Positions 45,600 through 59,800 are shown, counted from the stretch's first letter. The stretch is 64,000 nt of DNA from Malacoraja senta (GCA_038087875.1 JAXLNO010004595.1:1-64000); one strand, 5' to 3'. The notes: generated from the sequence alone by a model not told the origin. Translations and numbers: made by a program.

Positions 45600-45684
45600 G
45601 GGCACTGACGGGATTTGAACCTGTGATCTTTGTTTCCAAGATGTTAAAGTTGGCACAGTTGCCTTACCAAATTGCCACAGTTAT
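45600..45684 (-). pseudogene. Degenerate tRNA-Thr(CGT)-like relic, unit 1
   Basis: Minus strand CTGTGGCAATTTGGTAAGGC...AAACAAAGATCACAGGTTCAAATCCCGTCAGTGCC resembles vertebrate tRNA-Thr-CGT (from memory); acceptor 5' strand mutated, ~12-nt insertion, anticodon arm disrupted. Confidence 0.6.
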
Positions 45685-46402
45685 AATCTGAATCAGCACA
45701 AATTATACCCAGTAGTTGTTTTAAAATTTGAAAAACATCCTCCCACCCCCACTCTCAGTCTGAAACATATAAAATAGGTGCAGGAGTAGGCCATTCGTCC
45801 CTTCGAGCCAGCACAGCCATTGAATGTGATCATGGCTGATCATCTAAAATCAATACCTCGTTCCTGCTTTTTCCCCATATCCCTTGATTCCCTTAGCCCT
45901 AAGAGCTAAATCTAACTCTCTCTTGAGAAGGGTCTCGACCCAAAACATCACCCTTTCTTTCTATCCAGAGACGCTGCCTGTCCCGCCGAGTTACTCCAGC
46001 ATTTTGTGTCTATCTTCGGAGTAAACCAGATAGACTGCAGATGCTGGAAAAATCGAAGGTAGACAAAAATGCTGGAGAAACTCAGCGGGTGAGGCAGCAT
46101 CTATGGAGCGAAGGAATTGGTGACCTTTTGGGTTGAGACCCTTCTTCAGACTGATTTGGGGTGGGGGGGTGTGGCCGGGGCGGGAAGAAGAAGAAAGGAA
46201 GAGTCGGAGACAGTGGGCTGTGGGAGAGCTGGGAAGGGGAGTGGAAAGAGGGAGAAAGCAAGGAATACCTGAAATTGGAGAAATCAATGTTTATACCGCT
46301 ATTTCAGGTAGTCCTTGCTTTCTCCCTCTTTCCCCTCCTTTTCCCAGCTCTCCCACAGCCCACTGTCTCCGTCTCTTCCTTTCTTCTTACCCCCACCCAC
46401 AC

Positions 46403-46442
46403 ATCAGTCTGAGGAAGGGTCTCGACCCGAAACGTCACCTAT
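46403..46442 (+). ncRNA. Minimal hammerhead motif, unit 2
   Basis: Same sequence as 39207-39246. Confidence 0.6.
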
Positions 46443-48205
46443 TCCTTCGCTCCATAGATGCTGCCTCACCCACTGAGTTTCTCCAGCATTTTTGTCTACC
46501 ATTGGTGTCTAAACCCATGACTGTAAGCTTCAGGGAAGAGCATCTGGTGACTTTACCAGGTCTCGTTATGTGACTCCAGGCCCCCAGTCATGTATCCGAC
46601 CCGTATCAGCTCTGAAATGGCCCAGGGAAACATCCAGTTCAAAAGCGGTTGTGGACGGGAAATAAATGTTAGTTCACTTCACTTGCACCTCCTCCAACCT
46701 CATCAACCTCAAGGTGTGGACTCTTACACATCTGCGAGACCAAACGTAGACTGGGCGATAGTTTCACTGAAAACCTTCGCTCAGTCTGCCTGGACCAACC
46801 TGATCTCCCGGTTGCCAAACACTTTAATTCCCCATCCCATTCCCACATTGACCTTTCTGTCCTGGGCCCCCTCCACTGTCAGAGTGAGATGAAACACAAA
46901 TTGGAGGAACAGCGTCTCATATTTCACTTGGACAGCTTACAACCCAGCAGTATGAATATTGATTTCATGAATTGTTTCCATGTCCCAGCTACACTAGTCC
47001 CACCTGCCTGTGTTTGGCCCACATCCTTCCAACCCTGTCCTATCAATGTACCTGTCCAACTGTTTCTTAAATATTGGGATAGTCCCAGCCACAACTACCT
47101 CCTCCCGCAGCTCATTCCATACACCCACCACCATCTGTGTGGAAAAGTTACCCCTCAGATTCCAATTCAATCTTTTTCCCTTCACCTTGAACCTATGTCC
47201 TCTGGTCCTCGATTCCCCTACTCTGGGCAAAAGACTTTGTGTATCTACCCGATCTATTCCTCTCATGATTTTGTACACCTCTATAAGGTCACCCCTCATC
47301 TTCCTGCGCTCCAAGAATTAGAGTCCCAGCATACTCAACCTTTCCCTATAGCCGACCCTGAAATCCTGGCAACATCCTCATCAATCTTCTCCGTACCCTT
47401 TCCAGCTTGTTGACATCTTCCGAATAACATGCTGCCCAGAACTGAACACAATACTCTAAATGTGGTTCCATCAATGACTTATATAATAGACAATAGACAA
47501 TAGGTGCAGGAGTAGGCCATTCGGCCCTTCGAGTCAGCACCGCCATTCAATGTGATCATGGCTGATCATCCACAATCAGGAGCCCGTTCCCAGCCTCCTC
47601 CCCATATTCCCTGACTCCGCTATCTTTAAGAGCCCTATCTAGCTCTCTCTTGAAAGTATCCAGAGAACCTGCCTCCACCGCCCTCTGAGGCAGAGAATTC
47701 GCACATGACCTCTCAACTTCTATACTCAATACTCAGACTGATGAAACCCAATGTGTCAAAAGTCTTTTTGACCACCCTATCTACCTGTGACTCCACCTTC
47801 AAGGAACCATGCATCTGTACTCCTAGATCCCTCTGCTCTACAACACTCCCCGGAGGCCTACCATTGTCTGGTCATGTCCCCAATGTCTTTTCCCCGAGGT
47901 GTGTTCCTCCAATACCCGGCCCCGTGGGATTTCCTGCAATGTCTGGCCCTCGGACTTACGGCATTTGGATCAGGTGCTGGTGTTGACTCTTCAGTATCTG
48001 TTGTATCCTATTCTGAACCTGTCCATGTACTCCTCTCCTGGTGTATTTTAGCCCAATATCTGGTGTATTTGGTGCACTCATAGAGTCATGGATTAATACA
48101 GTGTGGAAACAGGCCCTTCAGCCCAACACGCCCACACCGGCCATCAATGTCCCAGCTACCCTAGTCCCACTTGCCTGCACTTGGTCCATATCCCTCCAAA
48201 CCTGT

Positions 48206-49175
48206 CATCTTGGGGAACGGCTGCTAACCAGCAGCCGTCCGTTAATTTCACTTTTTGCTTTAGTTTTTAGTTAACTATGTCTGTCTTTCCTGGGGAATTT
48301 GACTTTTCTTGTGGGGGGGCAATGGGGAAAACTATTTTTAGGTCCCTACCTGGTCGGTGAGGCGGCTTTTTCTCCGGGCTGCCCCGTCGACCCGTCCTTG
48401 CGGCCTACCAGCGATCCTGGAGCGGCGTGTCCTGGCGGGGACCGCCTCGCACCTTCAGCTTTGGTGACGGCACAGTGCTGGAGCGCTATCGCGGAGCGGA
48501 GCGGGCGATACCTTGCCTGGGTCGCCGCGCTGGATCGATGCGCTGGAGTTCCAGTGAGCTGCGACCGCCGAGCTCAACACCTCCGAGCTGCGGGACTTGC
48601 GGAGCGATCAGCCGTGGGCGGCGCCGCCGAATCCAACATCGGGAGCCTCTGAGCTCCAAATCGGCGCGGCCTTGTTGGCTTCAGGTGCCACGGACTCCAA
48701 TAGGAGATTAGCTGTTCCAGCCGCTGCGAGGACTCTCCCGACACCAGGGCAACTGCACCCGGCGAGAACGGCCAGGAACATCGGGCCTCCGTAGAGGCAA
48801 CTGTCGAGGCCTCAATATGCCGTCTTTGGGAGAACTGGGGTTGGGGACTGGACATTGTGCCTTCCCCCACAGTGGTAATCATTGTGGGGGATGATTTTTG
48901 TTTGTGTGTAAATGTTAATTGATTGTTTTACTTTATGTCCAAGATGGCTGCCGGAAGGTGGAGTGGACGCTGGCGCGTATTAGCAACCGCTGCTCTCTCT
49001 TCCATACTGTGTTTTTGATTTTTGTGTTCGGATTGAATTCTGTTTTTATTTGTGTACTTGTGATGTCTTTACTATTTATTTTTTCTGCTTACACGTTTCT
49101 ACTGTAAAATCTGTAAGGTGTCCTTGAGATTTGAAAGGCGCCCATAAATAAAATGTATTCTTATTATTATTATTA
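48206..49175 (+). mobile_element. GC-rich non-coding repeat ending in an L2-type 3' tail (also ~40255-40765 partial, ~55580-56550, ~62995-63962)
   Basis: 5' hairpin acggctgct-aacc-agcagccgt, CpG-rich body, then gtaaggtgtccttgagatttgaaaggcgcccataaataaaatg(tat)n, resembling the L2 end at 14930-14992. Confidence 0.55.
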
Positions 49176-51319
49176 CCTGTCCAACTGTTTCTTAAACGAT
49201 GGACTACCTCCTCTGGCAGCTTGTTCAATACCCCCACCTTTTAAATCTTTTCCCCTTCACCTTGAACCTATGTCCACTGGTCCTCGACTCCCCTACTCTG
49301 GGTAAAAGACTCTGTGCATCTACCCGATCTATTCCTCTTATGATTTTGTACACCTCTATAAGATCACCCCTCATCCTCCTATGCTCCATAGAATAGAGAC
49401 CCAACCTACTCAACCTCTCCCTGTAGCTCACACCCTCGAGTCCTGGCAACATCCTCAGTTGAAGTCCCTAAAGTGATGAGTAAAGTGATGATCAACTCCA
49501 AACATTTCATGTTCTTGTTATTTTCTTTTATTTATGTATCTAATTTCAAATGAAAACATGCAGTTCAGCAGAAAAATTAAGAACAAGCTGCAGACAATGA
49601 GTTAAACAACATCTGCTTTACAAAATCTGATTGAGCAAGTCCCCAAGCATCGGCCCCCCCTCCACCACATTGCTTCCTGTTCCTTCTCCCCTCCCCATGT
49701 CCCCTTCTTGCTCCACAATATCAGTGCATCCCTCCCCCTCCCACACTCCCCTCTCCTTCACTCATCACATACCCATCCCCTGCTCCCCTTTCCCAAACAT
49801 TAATCCTGCCTTCCTCTCCCACTCCTGAATGCCACCCACTCCAGTGTCTCATACCCTGACATTTTCCCACTGTCATGTCCTATCCTGTCATTCCCTCCCT
49901 CCCCCACCCCCCTCAGTTTCAACCGGTTTCTTCCCCAGCATCCCCAGTGCATTTCCAAGTTTATCTCCTGAAATGAGCGTTTGCAGTGCAGTAGCCTCGG
50001 ATTGCCGAGTGAGTGAGTGAAAGACAGGGAGACTCCATTTGCCAACGTCAGCAGCTGCATGGCGATCTCTTGAGTGAATGTGGCGTGTGTGTCGGCTGGT
50101 CATTGCTACACCTGTAATATACACAGGAAAGTCAGACATTGTGTGTGGCAAGGTGCAGCACAGATGGTGATCTGTAGGGACAGGCAAACTAAATAACAGA
50201 GTTCACTGCACCTCCTGCTGCAGTGAACTCTAGGCTGGGGTCAGGGCTCCGGGGTCACAGTGTGAGGTCGGAGGTCAGAGGGTGGGAGTCAGTGGTCAAA
50301 AGGTCACACCAGCACTTCCCCGACCTCAGGCCAGTCCTGCGCTGACCTCAGGGTCAGGGGTCAGCTGAGGGGTGTTAGAGGGCGGGTGGTCAGAGTGAAT
50401 GGCTTCCCCGAGATCACGACCACCCTGGTATCCTGAACTAGGCCAGAGTCAGAGGTGAAGTGGTGGGGGTCAAGGTTAAAAGGCTGGGTTTCCCCGACTG
50501 GTCAGGTGTCAGTCTGAATCTGAAAGGTCAGGGGTCAGCAGGTGTTGCAGTGAGTTTGGGGGTGGTTTCGGGGTTGAGGGTCGCTGCCGAGGTGAGAGGT
50601 CAGTGCGGGGGAGGGGCAGTTTTAACCGCTTCCACTGAGGAATAAAGGCCATTCACCCATCAGCTGTCTACTGTCTCCTTCACACTCGCTCCACCAAGCC
50701 GACCTTACTCTTCAAAGCTGAGCAACCATTTCTTAACAAGCAACACCAACTGCAAAGTCCATGCAGATTCAGATTCCATGGAAAGGTCGTAAGAGATGGG
50801 AGCTGAATTAGGCCATTCGGCCCATCAAGTCTACTCCGTCATTCAATCACGGCTGGTCTATCTTTCCCTTTCAACACCATTCTCCTGCCTACTCCTCATA
50901 ACCCCTGACATCCGTTCTAATCAAGAATTTATTTATCTCTGCCTTAAAAATGCTGGTGACTTGGCCTCCATGGCCGTCTGTGGCAATGAGTCCCACAGAT
51001 TCACCACCCTCTGACAAAATAAATTCCTCCTCATCTCCTTCCTAAAGGAACGTCCTTTCACTATCTTCCACTAGTGCAAACATTGCGAAAGTGGCCTTTC
51101 ACAAAGTAATGTAAATTTATTAAAGACGGATCAAACAAAGTTAGACACAAAAATCTGGAGTATCTCAGAGGGACAGGAAGTATCTCTGGAGAGAAGGAAT
51201 GAGGGATGTTTCAGGTCGAGACCCTTCCTCAGACAGTCGGGAGAGGGTCTCGACCTGAAATATCACCCATTCCAGAGATGCTACCTGTCCTGCTGGGTTA
51301 CTCCAGCATTTTGTGTCAA

Positions 51320-52475
51320 TCTTCGGTGCCCTGAGCTGGTTCATCTCCTACCTCAAAGGTAGGAGTTTCTCGACTAACATAGGCAACACTTTCTCCTCCC
51401 CAGCTAATCTCTGCTGTGGGGTTCCACAAGGTTCCATCCTTGGCCCCAATCTCTTCTCCCTATATATGCTCCCCTTAGGCCAAGTCATTGAAAGGCACGG
51501 CATTTCCTTCCATTCCTACGCAGACGATACACAACTCTATCTCCCCCTCAAGCCCAAAAACCAATCAAATCTGCTTAACCTTACCCGCTGCCTCGAGGAT
51601 ATAAAGTGTTGGATGGCCCAGAACTTCCTCCAACTAAACGAGAGTAAGTCTGAGGTCATCCTTCTCAGCCCCTCGGATTCAATCAAAATGATAGCAGGCA
51701 GCCTTGGAAGCCTTACCCCACTACTCAAACCTCACGTCAAAAACCTTGGCGTGATATTTGACTCAGCACTGAAATTTGACAAACAAGTCAATGCCGTGGT
51801 AAAAGCTAGCTTCTTTCAGCTTCGGACGATAGCTAAAATAAAACAATTCCTCCAGTTTGATGACCTTGAAAAGATCATCCACACATTCATCTCCTCCCAC
51901 CTAGATTACTGCAACTCCCTTTACACTGGCATCAGCCAATCTTCCCTGTCCCGCCTGCAACTGGTCCAAAACGCCACAGCGAGACTCCTGACGGGCACCC
52001 GAAAAAGGGACCACATCACCCCGATCCTGGCCTCTCTCCACTGGCTCCCTGTGCGGTTCCGTACAAACTTCAAGATCCTCCTCCATGTCTACAAAGCCCT
52101 CAATGGGCTTGCCCCCACCTACATAAAAAGTCTTCTCACCCACCACTCCACCTCCAGGCCCTCAGATCGGCCGACTTGGGGTTGCTGAATATCCCACGGT
52201 CTAGGCATAAGCTCAGGGGTGACCGCGCCTTTGCGGTTGCAGCCCCTAGACTGTGGAACAGCATCCCCTTTCCCATCAGAACTGCCCCCTCCATCGACTC
52301 TTTTAAGTCAAGACTAAAAACTTATCCTGATGTCCTCTGAGTGAGGGCTACATGTATATATGTATGTAGTTTGTTTTGTTTATGCTATTCTTATAACAAA
52401 TGTAAAGCACTTTGGCCAACGAGAGTTGTTTTTTAAATGTGCTATATAAATAAATGTGACTTGACTTGACTTGAC
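51320..52475 (+). mobile_element. 5'-truncated L2 LINE (copies at ~42550-45100 split by CR1 and at ~58720-59875)
   Basis: GVPQGSILGP...YADDTQLY...LDYCNSLY...LQLVQN...HITPILASLHWLPV; (GACTT)n tail. Confidence 0.9.
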
Positions 52476-52729
52476 TAAACCAACATCTTCAGCTCACATT
52501 CCCCAGAGCAAACAAACATAATTGGTGCCCTCCCCTAATTCCCCATTTGATGGTGCCCTCCTCTAATTCACCATTGTTGGGAAACAGGCCCTTCTGCCCT
52601 CCAAGTGCACGCTGACCATAGTTTTTGTAAATTGCACTGGTGTGCAGGGAATAGATAAGAAAGGGGAATAACCTAGTTAGCTTGAGTTAACGTACACCCG
52701 TTGAGTTAAAGTCACCCGTTGGCTGACTT

Positions 52730-52962
52730 TCTTAACTCCAAAAGTGATTGTCGAGCATACTGAATGTGTGAAAGAACAATATGTACAAAAAGAACAAGTA
52801 ATTAAAAAATAAAATACACACAAGTTTGCTGTATTTCACACAATACACACACGTCGTTACAGGGAGAACCTGCAAACTTCACAGACAGCACCTGAGGTCA
52901 GGATCATACCCGAGTATATGAGGCAGCAGCTCTACCTGCTGCACCACTGTGCCATCCTATTA
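52730..52962 (-). mobile_element. tRNA-derived SINE (copies at ~45350-45580 and ~60140-60362)
   Basis: Minus-strand head gatggcacagtggtgcagcaggtagagctgctgcctca...gggtatgatcctgacctcaggtgctgtctgtg, similar to the SINE at 24390. Confidence 0.7.
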
Positions 52963-52977
52963 AAGGGAAGTAAATAT

Positions 52978-53062
52978 GGGCACTGACGGGATTTGAACCT
53001 GTGATCTTTGTTTCCAAGATGTTAAAGTTGGCACAGTTGCCTTACCAAATTGCCGCAGTTAT
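52978..53062 (-). pseudogene. Degenerate tRNA-Thr-like relic, unit 2
   Basis: Copy of 45600-45684. Confidence 0.6.
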
Positions 53063-53780
53063 AATCTGAATCAGCACAAATTATACCCAGTAGTTGTTTT
53101 AAAATTTGAAAAACATCCTCCCACCCCCACTCTCAGTCTGAAACATATAAAATAGGTGCAGGAGTAGGCCATTCGGCCCTTCGAGCCAGCACAGCCATTG
53201 AATATGATCATGGCTGATCATCTAAAATCAATACCCTGTTCCTGCTTTTCCCCCATATCCCTTGATTCCCTTAGCACTAAGAGCTAAATCTAACTCTCTC
53301 TTGAGAAGGGTCTCGACCCAAAACATCACCCTTTCTTTCTATCCAGAGATGCTACCTGTCCCGCCGAGTTACTCCAGCATTTTGTGTCTATCTTCGGAGT
53401 AAACCAGATAGACTGCAGATGCTGGAAAAATCGAAGGTAGACAAAAATGCTGGAAAAACTCAGCGGGTGAGGCAGCATTTATGGAGCGAAGGAATAAGTG
53501 ACCTTTTGGGTTGAGAACCTTCTTCAGACTGATTCGGGGTGGGGGGGTGTGGGCGGGGCGGGAAGAAGAAGAAAGGAAGAGGCGGAGACAGTGGGCTGTG
53601 GGAGAGCTGGGAAGGGGAGTGGAAAGAGGGAGAAAGCAAGGAATACCTGAAATTGGAGAAATCAATGTTTATACCGCTATTTCAGGTAGTCCTTGCTTTC
53701 TCCCTCTTTCCCCTCCTTTTCCCAGCTCTCCCACAGCCCACTGTCTCCGTCTCTTCCTTTCTTCTTACCCCCACCCACAC

Positions 53781-53820
53781 ATCAGTCTGAGGAAGGGTCT
53801 CGACCCGAAACGTCACCTAT
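53781..53820 (+). ncRNA. Minimal hammerhead motif, unit 3
   Basis: Same sequence as 39207-39246. Confidence 0.6.
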
Positions 53821-56800
53821 TCCTTCGCTCCATAGATGCTGCCTCACCCACTGAGTTTGTCCAGCATTTTTGTCTACCATTGGTGTCTAAACCCATGACT
53901 GTAAGCTTCAGGGAAGAGCATCTGGTGACTTTACCTGGTCTCGTTATGTGACTCCAGGCCCCCAGTCATGTAGCCGACCCTTATCAGCTCTGAAATGGCC
54001 CAGGGAAACATCCAGTTCAAAAGCGGTTGTAGACGGGAAATAAATGTTAGTTCACTTCACTTGCACCTCCTCCAACCTCATCAACCTCAAGGTGTGGACT
54101 CTTACACATCTGCGAGACCAAACGTAGACTGGGCGATAGTTTCGCTGAAAACCTTCGCTCAGTCTGCCTGGACCAACCTGATCTCCCGGTTGCCAAACAC
54201 TTTAATTCCCCATCCCATTCCCACGTCGACCTTTCTGTCCTGGGCCCCCTCCACTGTCAGAGTGAGATGAAACACAAATTGGAGGAACAGCATCTCATAT
54301 TTCACTTGGACAGCTTACAACCCAGCAGTATGAATATTGATTTCATGAATTGTTTCCATGTCCCAGCTACACTAGTCCCACCTGCCTGTGTTTGGCCCAC
54401 ATCCTTCCAACCCTGTCCTATCAATGTACCTGTCCAACTGTTTCTTTAAATATTGGGATAGTCCCAGCCACAACTACCTCTTCCCGCAGCTCATTCCATA
54501 CACCCACCACCTTCTGTGTGGAAAAGTTACCCCTCAGATTCCAATTCAATCTTTTCCCCTTCACCTTGAACCTATGTCCTCTGGTCCTCGATTCCCCTAC
54601 TCTGGGCAAAAGACTCTGTGTATCTACCCGATCTATTCCTCTCATGATTTTGTACACCTCTATAAGGTCACCCCTCATCTTCCTGCGCTCCAAGGATTAG
54701 AGTCCCAGCATACTCAACCTTTCCCTATAGCCGACCCTGAAATCCTGGCAACATCCTCATGAATCTGCTCCGTACCCTTTCCAGCTTGTTGACATCTTCC
54801 CAATAACATGGTGGCCAGAACTGAGCACAATACTCTAAATGTGGTCCCATCAATGACTTATATAATAGACAATAGACAGTAGGTGCAGGAGTAGGCCATT
54901 CGGCCCTTCGAGTCAGCATGTGATCAATGTGATCATGGCAAATCATCCACAATCAGGAGCCCGTTCCAGCCTCCTCCCCATATCCCCTGACTCCGCTATC
55001 TTTAAGAGCCCTATCTAGCTCTCTCTTCAAAGTATCCAGAGAACCTGCCTCCACCCCCCTCTGAGGCAGAGAATTCGCACATGACCTCTCAACTTCTATA
55101 CTCAATACTCAGACTGATGAAACCCAATGTGTCAAAAGTCTTTTTGACCACCCTATCTACCTGTGACTCCACCTTCAAGGAACCATGCACTTGTACTCCT
55201 AGATCCCTCTGCTCTACAACACTCCCCGGAGGCCTACCATTGTCTGGTCATGTCCCCAATGTCTTTTCCCCGAGGTGTGTTCCTCCAATACCCGGCCACG
55301 TGGGATTTCCTGCAATGTCTGGCCCTCGGACCTACGCCTTTTGGACCAGGTGCTGGTGTTGACTCTTCAGTATCTGTTGTATCCTATTCTGAACCTGTCC
55401 ATGTACTCCTCTCCTGATGCGTTTTAGCCCAGTATCTGGTGTATTTGGTGCACTCATAGAGTCATGGATTAATACAGTGTGGAAACAGGCCCTTCAGCCC
55501 AACACGCCCACACCGGCCATCAATGTCCCAGCTACCCTAGTCCCACTTGCCTGCACTTGGTCCATATCCCTCCAAACCTGTCATCTTGGGGAACGGCTGC
55601 TAACCAGCAGCCGTCCGTTAATTTCACTTTTTGCTTTAGTTTTTAGTTAACTATGTCTGTCTTTCCTGGGGAATTTGACTTTTCTTGTGGGGGGGCAATG
55701 GGGGAAACTATTTTTAGGTCCCTACCTGGTCGGTGAGGCGGCTTTTTCTCCAGGCTGCCCCGTCGACCCGTCCTTGCGGCCTACCAGCGATCCTGGAGTG
55801 GCGTTTCCTGGCGGGGACCGCCTCGCACCTTCAGCTTTGGTGGCAGCACAGTGCTGGAGCGCTATCGCGGAGCGGAGCGGGCGATACCTTGCCTGGGTCG
55901 CCACGCTGGATCGATGCGCTGGAGTTCCGGTGAGCTGCGACCGCCGAGCTCAACACCTCCGGGCTGCGGGACTTGCGGAGCGACCAGCCGCGGGCGGCGG
56001 TGCCGACTCCAACATCGGGAGCCTCTGAGCTCCAAATCGGCGCGGCCTCGGCCTTCAGGTGCCACGTACTCCAATAGGAGATTAGCTGTTCCAGCCGCTG
56101 CGAGGACTCTCCCGACACCAGGGCAACTGCACCCGGCGAGAACGGCCAAGGACATCGGGCCTCCGTAGAGGCAACTGTGGAGGCCTCAATATGCCGTCTT
56201 TGGGAGAACTGGGGTTGGGGACTGGACATTGTGCCTTCCCCCACAGTGGTAATCATTGTGGGGGATGATTTTTGTGTGTGTGTAAATGTTAATTGATTGT
56301 TTTACTTAATGTCCAAGATGGCTGCCAGAAGGGGGAGTGGACGCTGGCGCGTATTAGCAACCGCTGCTCTCTCTTCCATACTGTGTTTTTGATTTTTGTG
56401 TTCGGATTGAATTCTGTTTTTACTTGTGTACTTGTGATGTCTTTACTATTTTTTTTTCTGCTTACATGTTTTTACTGTAAAATCTGTAAGGTGTCCTTGA
56501 GATTTGAAAGGCGCCCATAAATAAAATGTATTCTTATTATTATTATTACCTGTCCAACTGTTTCTTAAATGATGGACTACCTCCTCTGGCAGCTTGTTCA
56601 ATACACCCACCACCCTCTGTGTGAAAAATGTACCCCTCGGATTTCTTTTAAATCTTTTCCCCTTCAACTTGAACCTATGTCCACTGGTCCTCGATTCCCC
56701 TACTCTGGGTAAAAGACTCTGTGCATCTACCCGATCTATTCCTCTTATGATTTTGTGCACCTCTACAAGATCACCCCTCATCCTCCTATGCTCCATAGAA

Positions 56801-59800
56801 TAGAGACCCAGCCTACTCAACCTCTCCCTGTAGCTCACACCCTCGAGTCCTGGCAACATCCTCAGCTGAAGTCCCTAAAGTGATGAGTAGTGATGATTAA
56901 CTCCAAACATTTCATGTTCTTGTTATTTTCTTTTATTTATGTATCTAATTTCAAATGAAAACATGCAGTTCAGCAGAAAAATTAAAAACAAGCTGCAGAC
57001 AATGAGTTAAACAACATCTGCTTTACAAAACCTGATTGAGCAAGTCCCCAAGCATCGGCCCCCCCTCCACCACATTGCTTCCTGTTCTTTCTCCCCTCCC
57101 CATGCCCCCTTCTTGCTCCACAATATCAGCGCATCCCTCCCCCTCCCACACTCCCCTCTCCTTCACTCATCACATTCCCATCCCCTGCTCCCCTTTCCCA
57201 AACATTAATCCTGCCTTCCTCTCCCACTCCTGAATGCCACCCACTCCAGTGTCTCATACCCTGACATTTTCCCACTGTCATGTCCTATCCTGTCATTCCC
57301 TCCCGCCCCCCCCCAGTTCCAACCGGTTTCTTCCCCAGCATCCCCAGTGCATTTCCAAGTTTATCTCCTGAAATGAGCGTTTGCAGTGCAGTAGCCTCGG
57401 ATTGCCGAGTGAGTGAGTGAAAGACAGGGAGACTCCATTTGCCAACGGCAGCAGCTGCATGGCGATCTCTTGAGTGAATGTGGCGTGTGTGTCGGCTGGT
57501 CATTGCTGCACCTGTAATATACACAGGAAAGTCAGACATTGTGTGTGGCAAGGTGCAGCACAGATGGTGATCTGTAGGGACAGGCAAACTAAATAACAGA
57601 GTTCACTGCACCACCTGCTGCAGTGAACTCTAGGCTGGGGTCAGGGCTCAGGGGTCACAGTGTGAGGTCCGAGGTCAGAGGGTGGGAGTCAGTGGTCAAA
57701 AGGTCACACCAGCACTTCCCCGACCTCAGGCCCGTCCTGCGCTGACCTCAGGGTCAGGGGTCAGCTGAGGGGTGTTAGAGGGCGGGTGGTCAGAGTGAAT
57801 GGCTTCCCCGACATCACGACCACCCTGGTATCCTGAACTAGGCCAGTCAGAGGTGAAGTGGTGGGGGTCAAGGTTAAAAGGCTGGGCTTCCCCGACTGGT
57901 CAGGTGTCAGTCTGAATGTGAAAGGTCAGGGGTCAGCAGGTGTTGCAGTGAGTTTGGGGGTGGTTTCGGGGTTGAGGGTCGCTGCCGAGGTGAGAGGTCA
58001 GTGCGGGGGAGGGGCAGTTGTAACCGGTTCCACTGAGGAATAAAGGCCATTCACCCATCAGCCGTCTACTGTCTCCTTCACACTCGCTCCACCAAGCCGA
58101 CCTTACTCTTCAAAGCTGAGCAACCATTTCTTAACAAGCAACACCAACTGCAAAGTCCATGCAGATTCAGATTCCATGGAAAGGTCGTAAGAGATGGGAG
58201 CTGAATTAGGACATTCGGCCCATCAAGTCTACTCCGTCATTCAATCACGGCTGGTCTATCTTTCCTTTTCAACACCATTCTCCTGCCTACTCCTCATAAC
58301 CCCTGACATCCGTTCTAATCAAGAATTTATTTATCTCTGCCTTAAAAATGCCGTTGACTTGGCCTCCATGGCCGTCTGTGGCAATGAGTCCCACAGATTC
58401 ACCACCCTCTGACAAAATAAATTCCTCCTCATCTCCTTCCTAAAGGAACGTCCTTTCACTATCTTCCACTAGTGGAAACATTGCGAAAGTGGCCTTTCAC
58501 AAAGTAATGTAAATTTATTAAAGACGGATCAAACAAAGTTAGACACAAAAATCTGGAGTATCACAGAGGGACAGGAAGTATCTCTGGAGAGAAGGAATGG
58601 GGGATGTTTCTGGTCGAGACACTTCCTCAGACAGTCGGGAGAGGGTCTCGACCTGAAATATCACCCATTCCAGAGATGCTACCTGTCCTGCTGGGTTACT
58701 CCAGCATTTTGTGTCAATCTTCGGTGCCCTGAGCTGGTTCATCTCCTACCTCAAAGGTAGGAGTTTCTCGACTAACATAGGCAACACTTTCTCCTCCCCA
58801 GCAAATGTCTGCTGTGGGGTTTCCACAAGGTTCCATCCTTGGCCCCATTCTCTTCTCCCTGTATATGCTCCCTTTAGGCCAAGTCATTGAAAGGCACGGC
58901 ATTTCCTTCAATTGCTACGCAGACGATACACAACTCTATCTCCCCCTGAAGCCCAAAAAACAATCAAATCTGCTTAACCTTACCCACTGCCTCGAGGATA
59001 TAAAGTGTTGGATGGCCCAGAACTTCCTCCAACTAAACGAGAGTAAGTCTGAGGTCATCCTTCTCAGCCCCTCGGATTCAATCAAAATGATAGCAGGCAG
59101 CCTTGGAAGCCTTACCCCACTACTCAAACCTCACGTCAAAAACCTTGGCGTGATATTTGACTCAGCACTGAAATTTGACAAACAAGTCAATGCCGTGGTA
59201 AAAGCTAGCTTCGTTCAGCTTCGGACGATAGCTAAAATAAAACAATTCCTCCAGTTTGATGACCTTGAAAAGATCATCCACACATTCATCTCCTCCCGCC
59301 TAGATTACTGCAACTCCCTTTACACTGGCATCAGCCAATCTTCCCTGTCCCCCCTGCAACTGGTCCAAAACGCCGCAGCGAGACTCCTGACGGGCACCCG
59401 AAAAAGGGACCACATCACCCCGATCCTGGCCTCTCTCCACTGGCTCCCTGTGCGGTTCCGTACAAACTTCAAGATCCTCCTCCATGTCTACAAAGCCCTC
59501 AATGGGCTTGCCCCCACCTACATAAAAAGTCTTCTCACCCACCACTCCACCTCCAGGCCCGTCAGATCGGCCGACTTGGGGTTGCTGAATATCCCATGGT
59601 CTAGGCATAAGCTCAGGGTGACCGCACCTTTGCGGTTGCAGCCCCTAGACTGTGGAACAGCATCCCCTTTCCCATCAGAACTGCCCCCTCCATCGACTCT
59701 TTTAAGTCAAGACTAAAAACGTATCCTGATGTCCTCTGAGTGAGGGCTACATGTATATATGTATGTAGTTTGTTTTGTTTATGCTATTCTTATAACAAAT

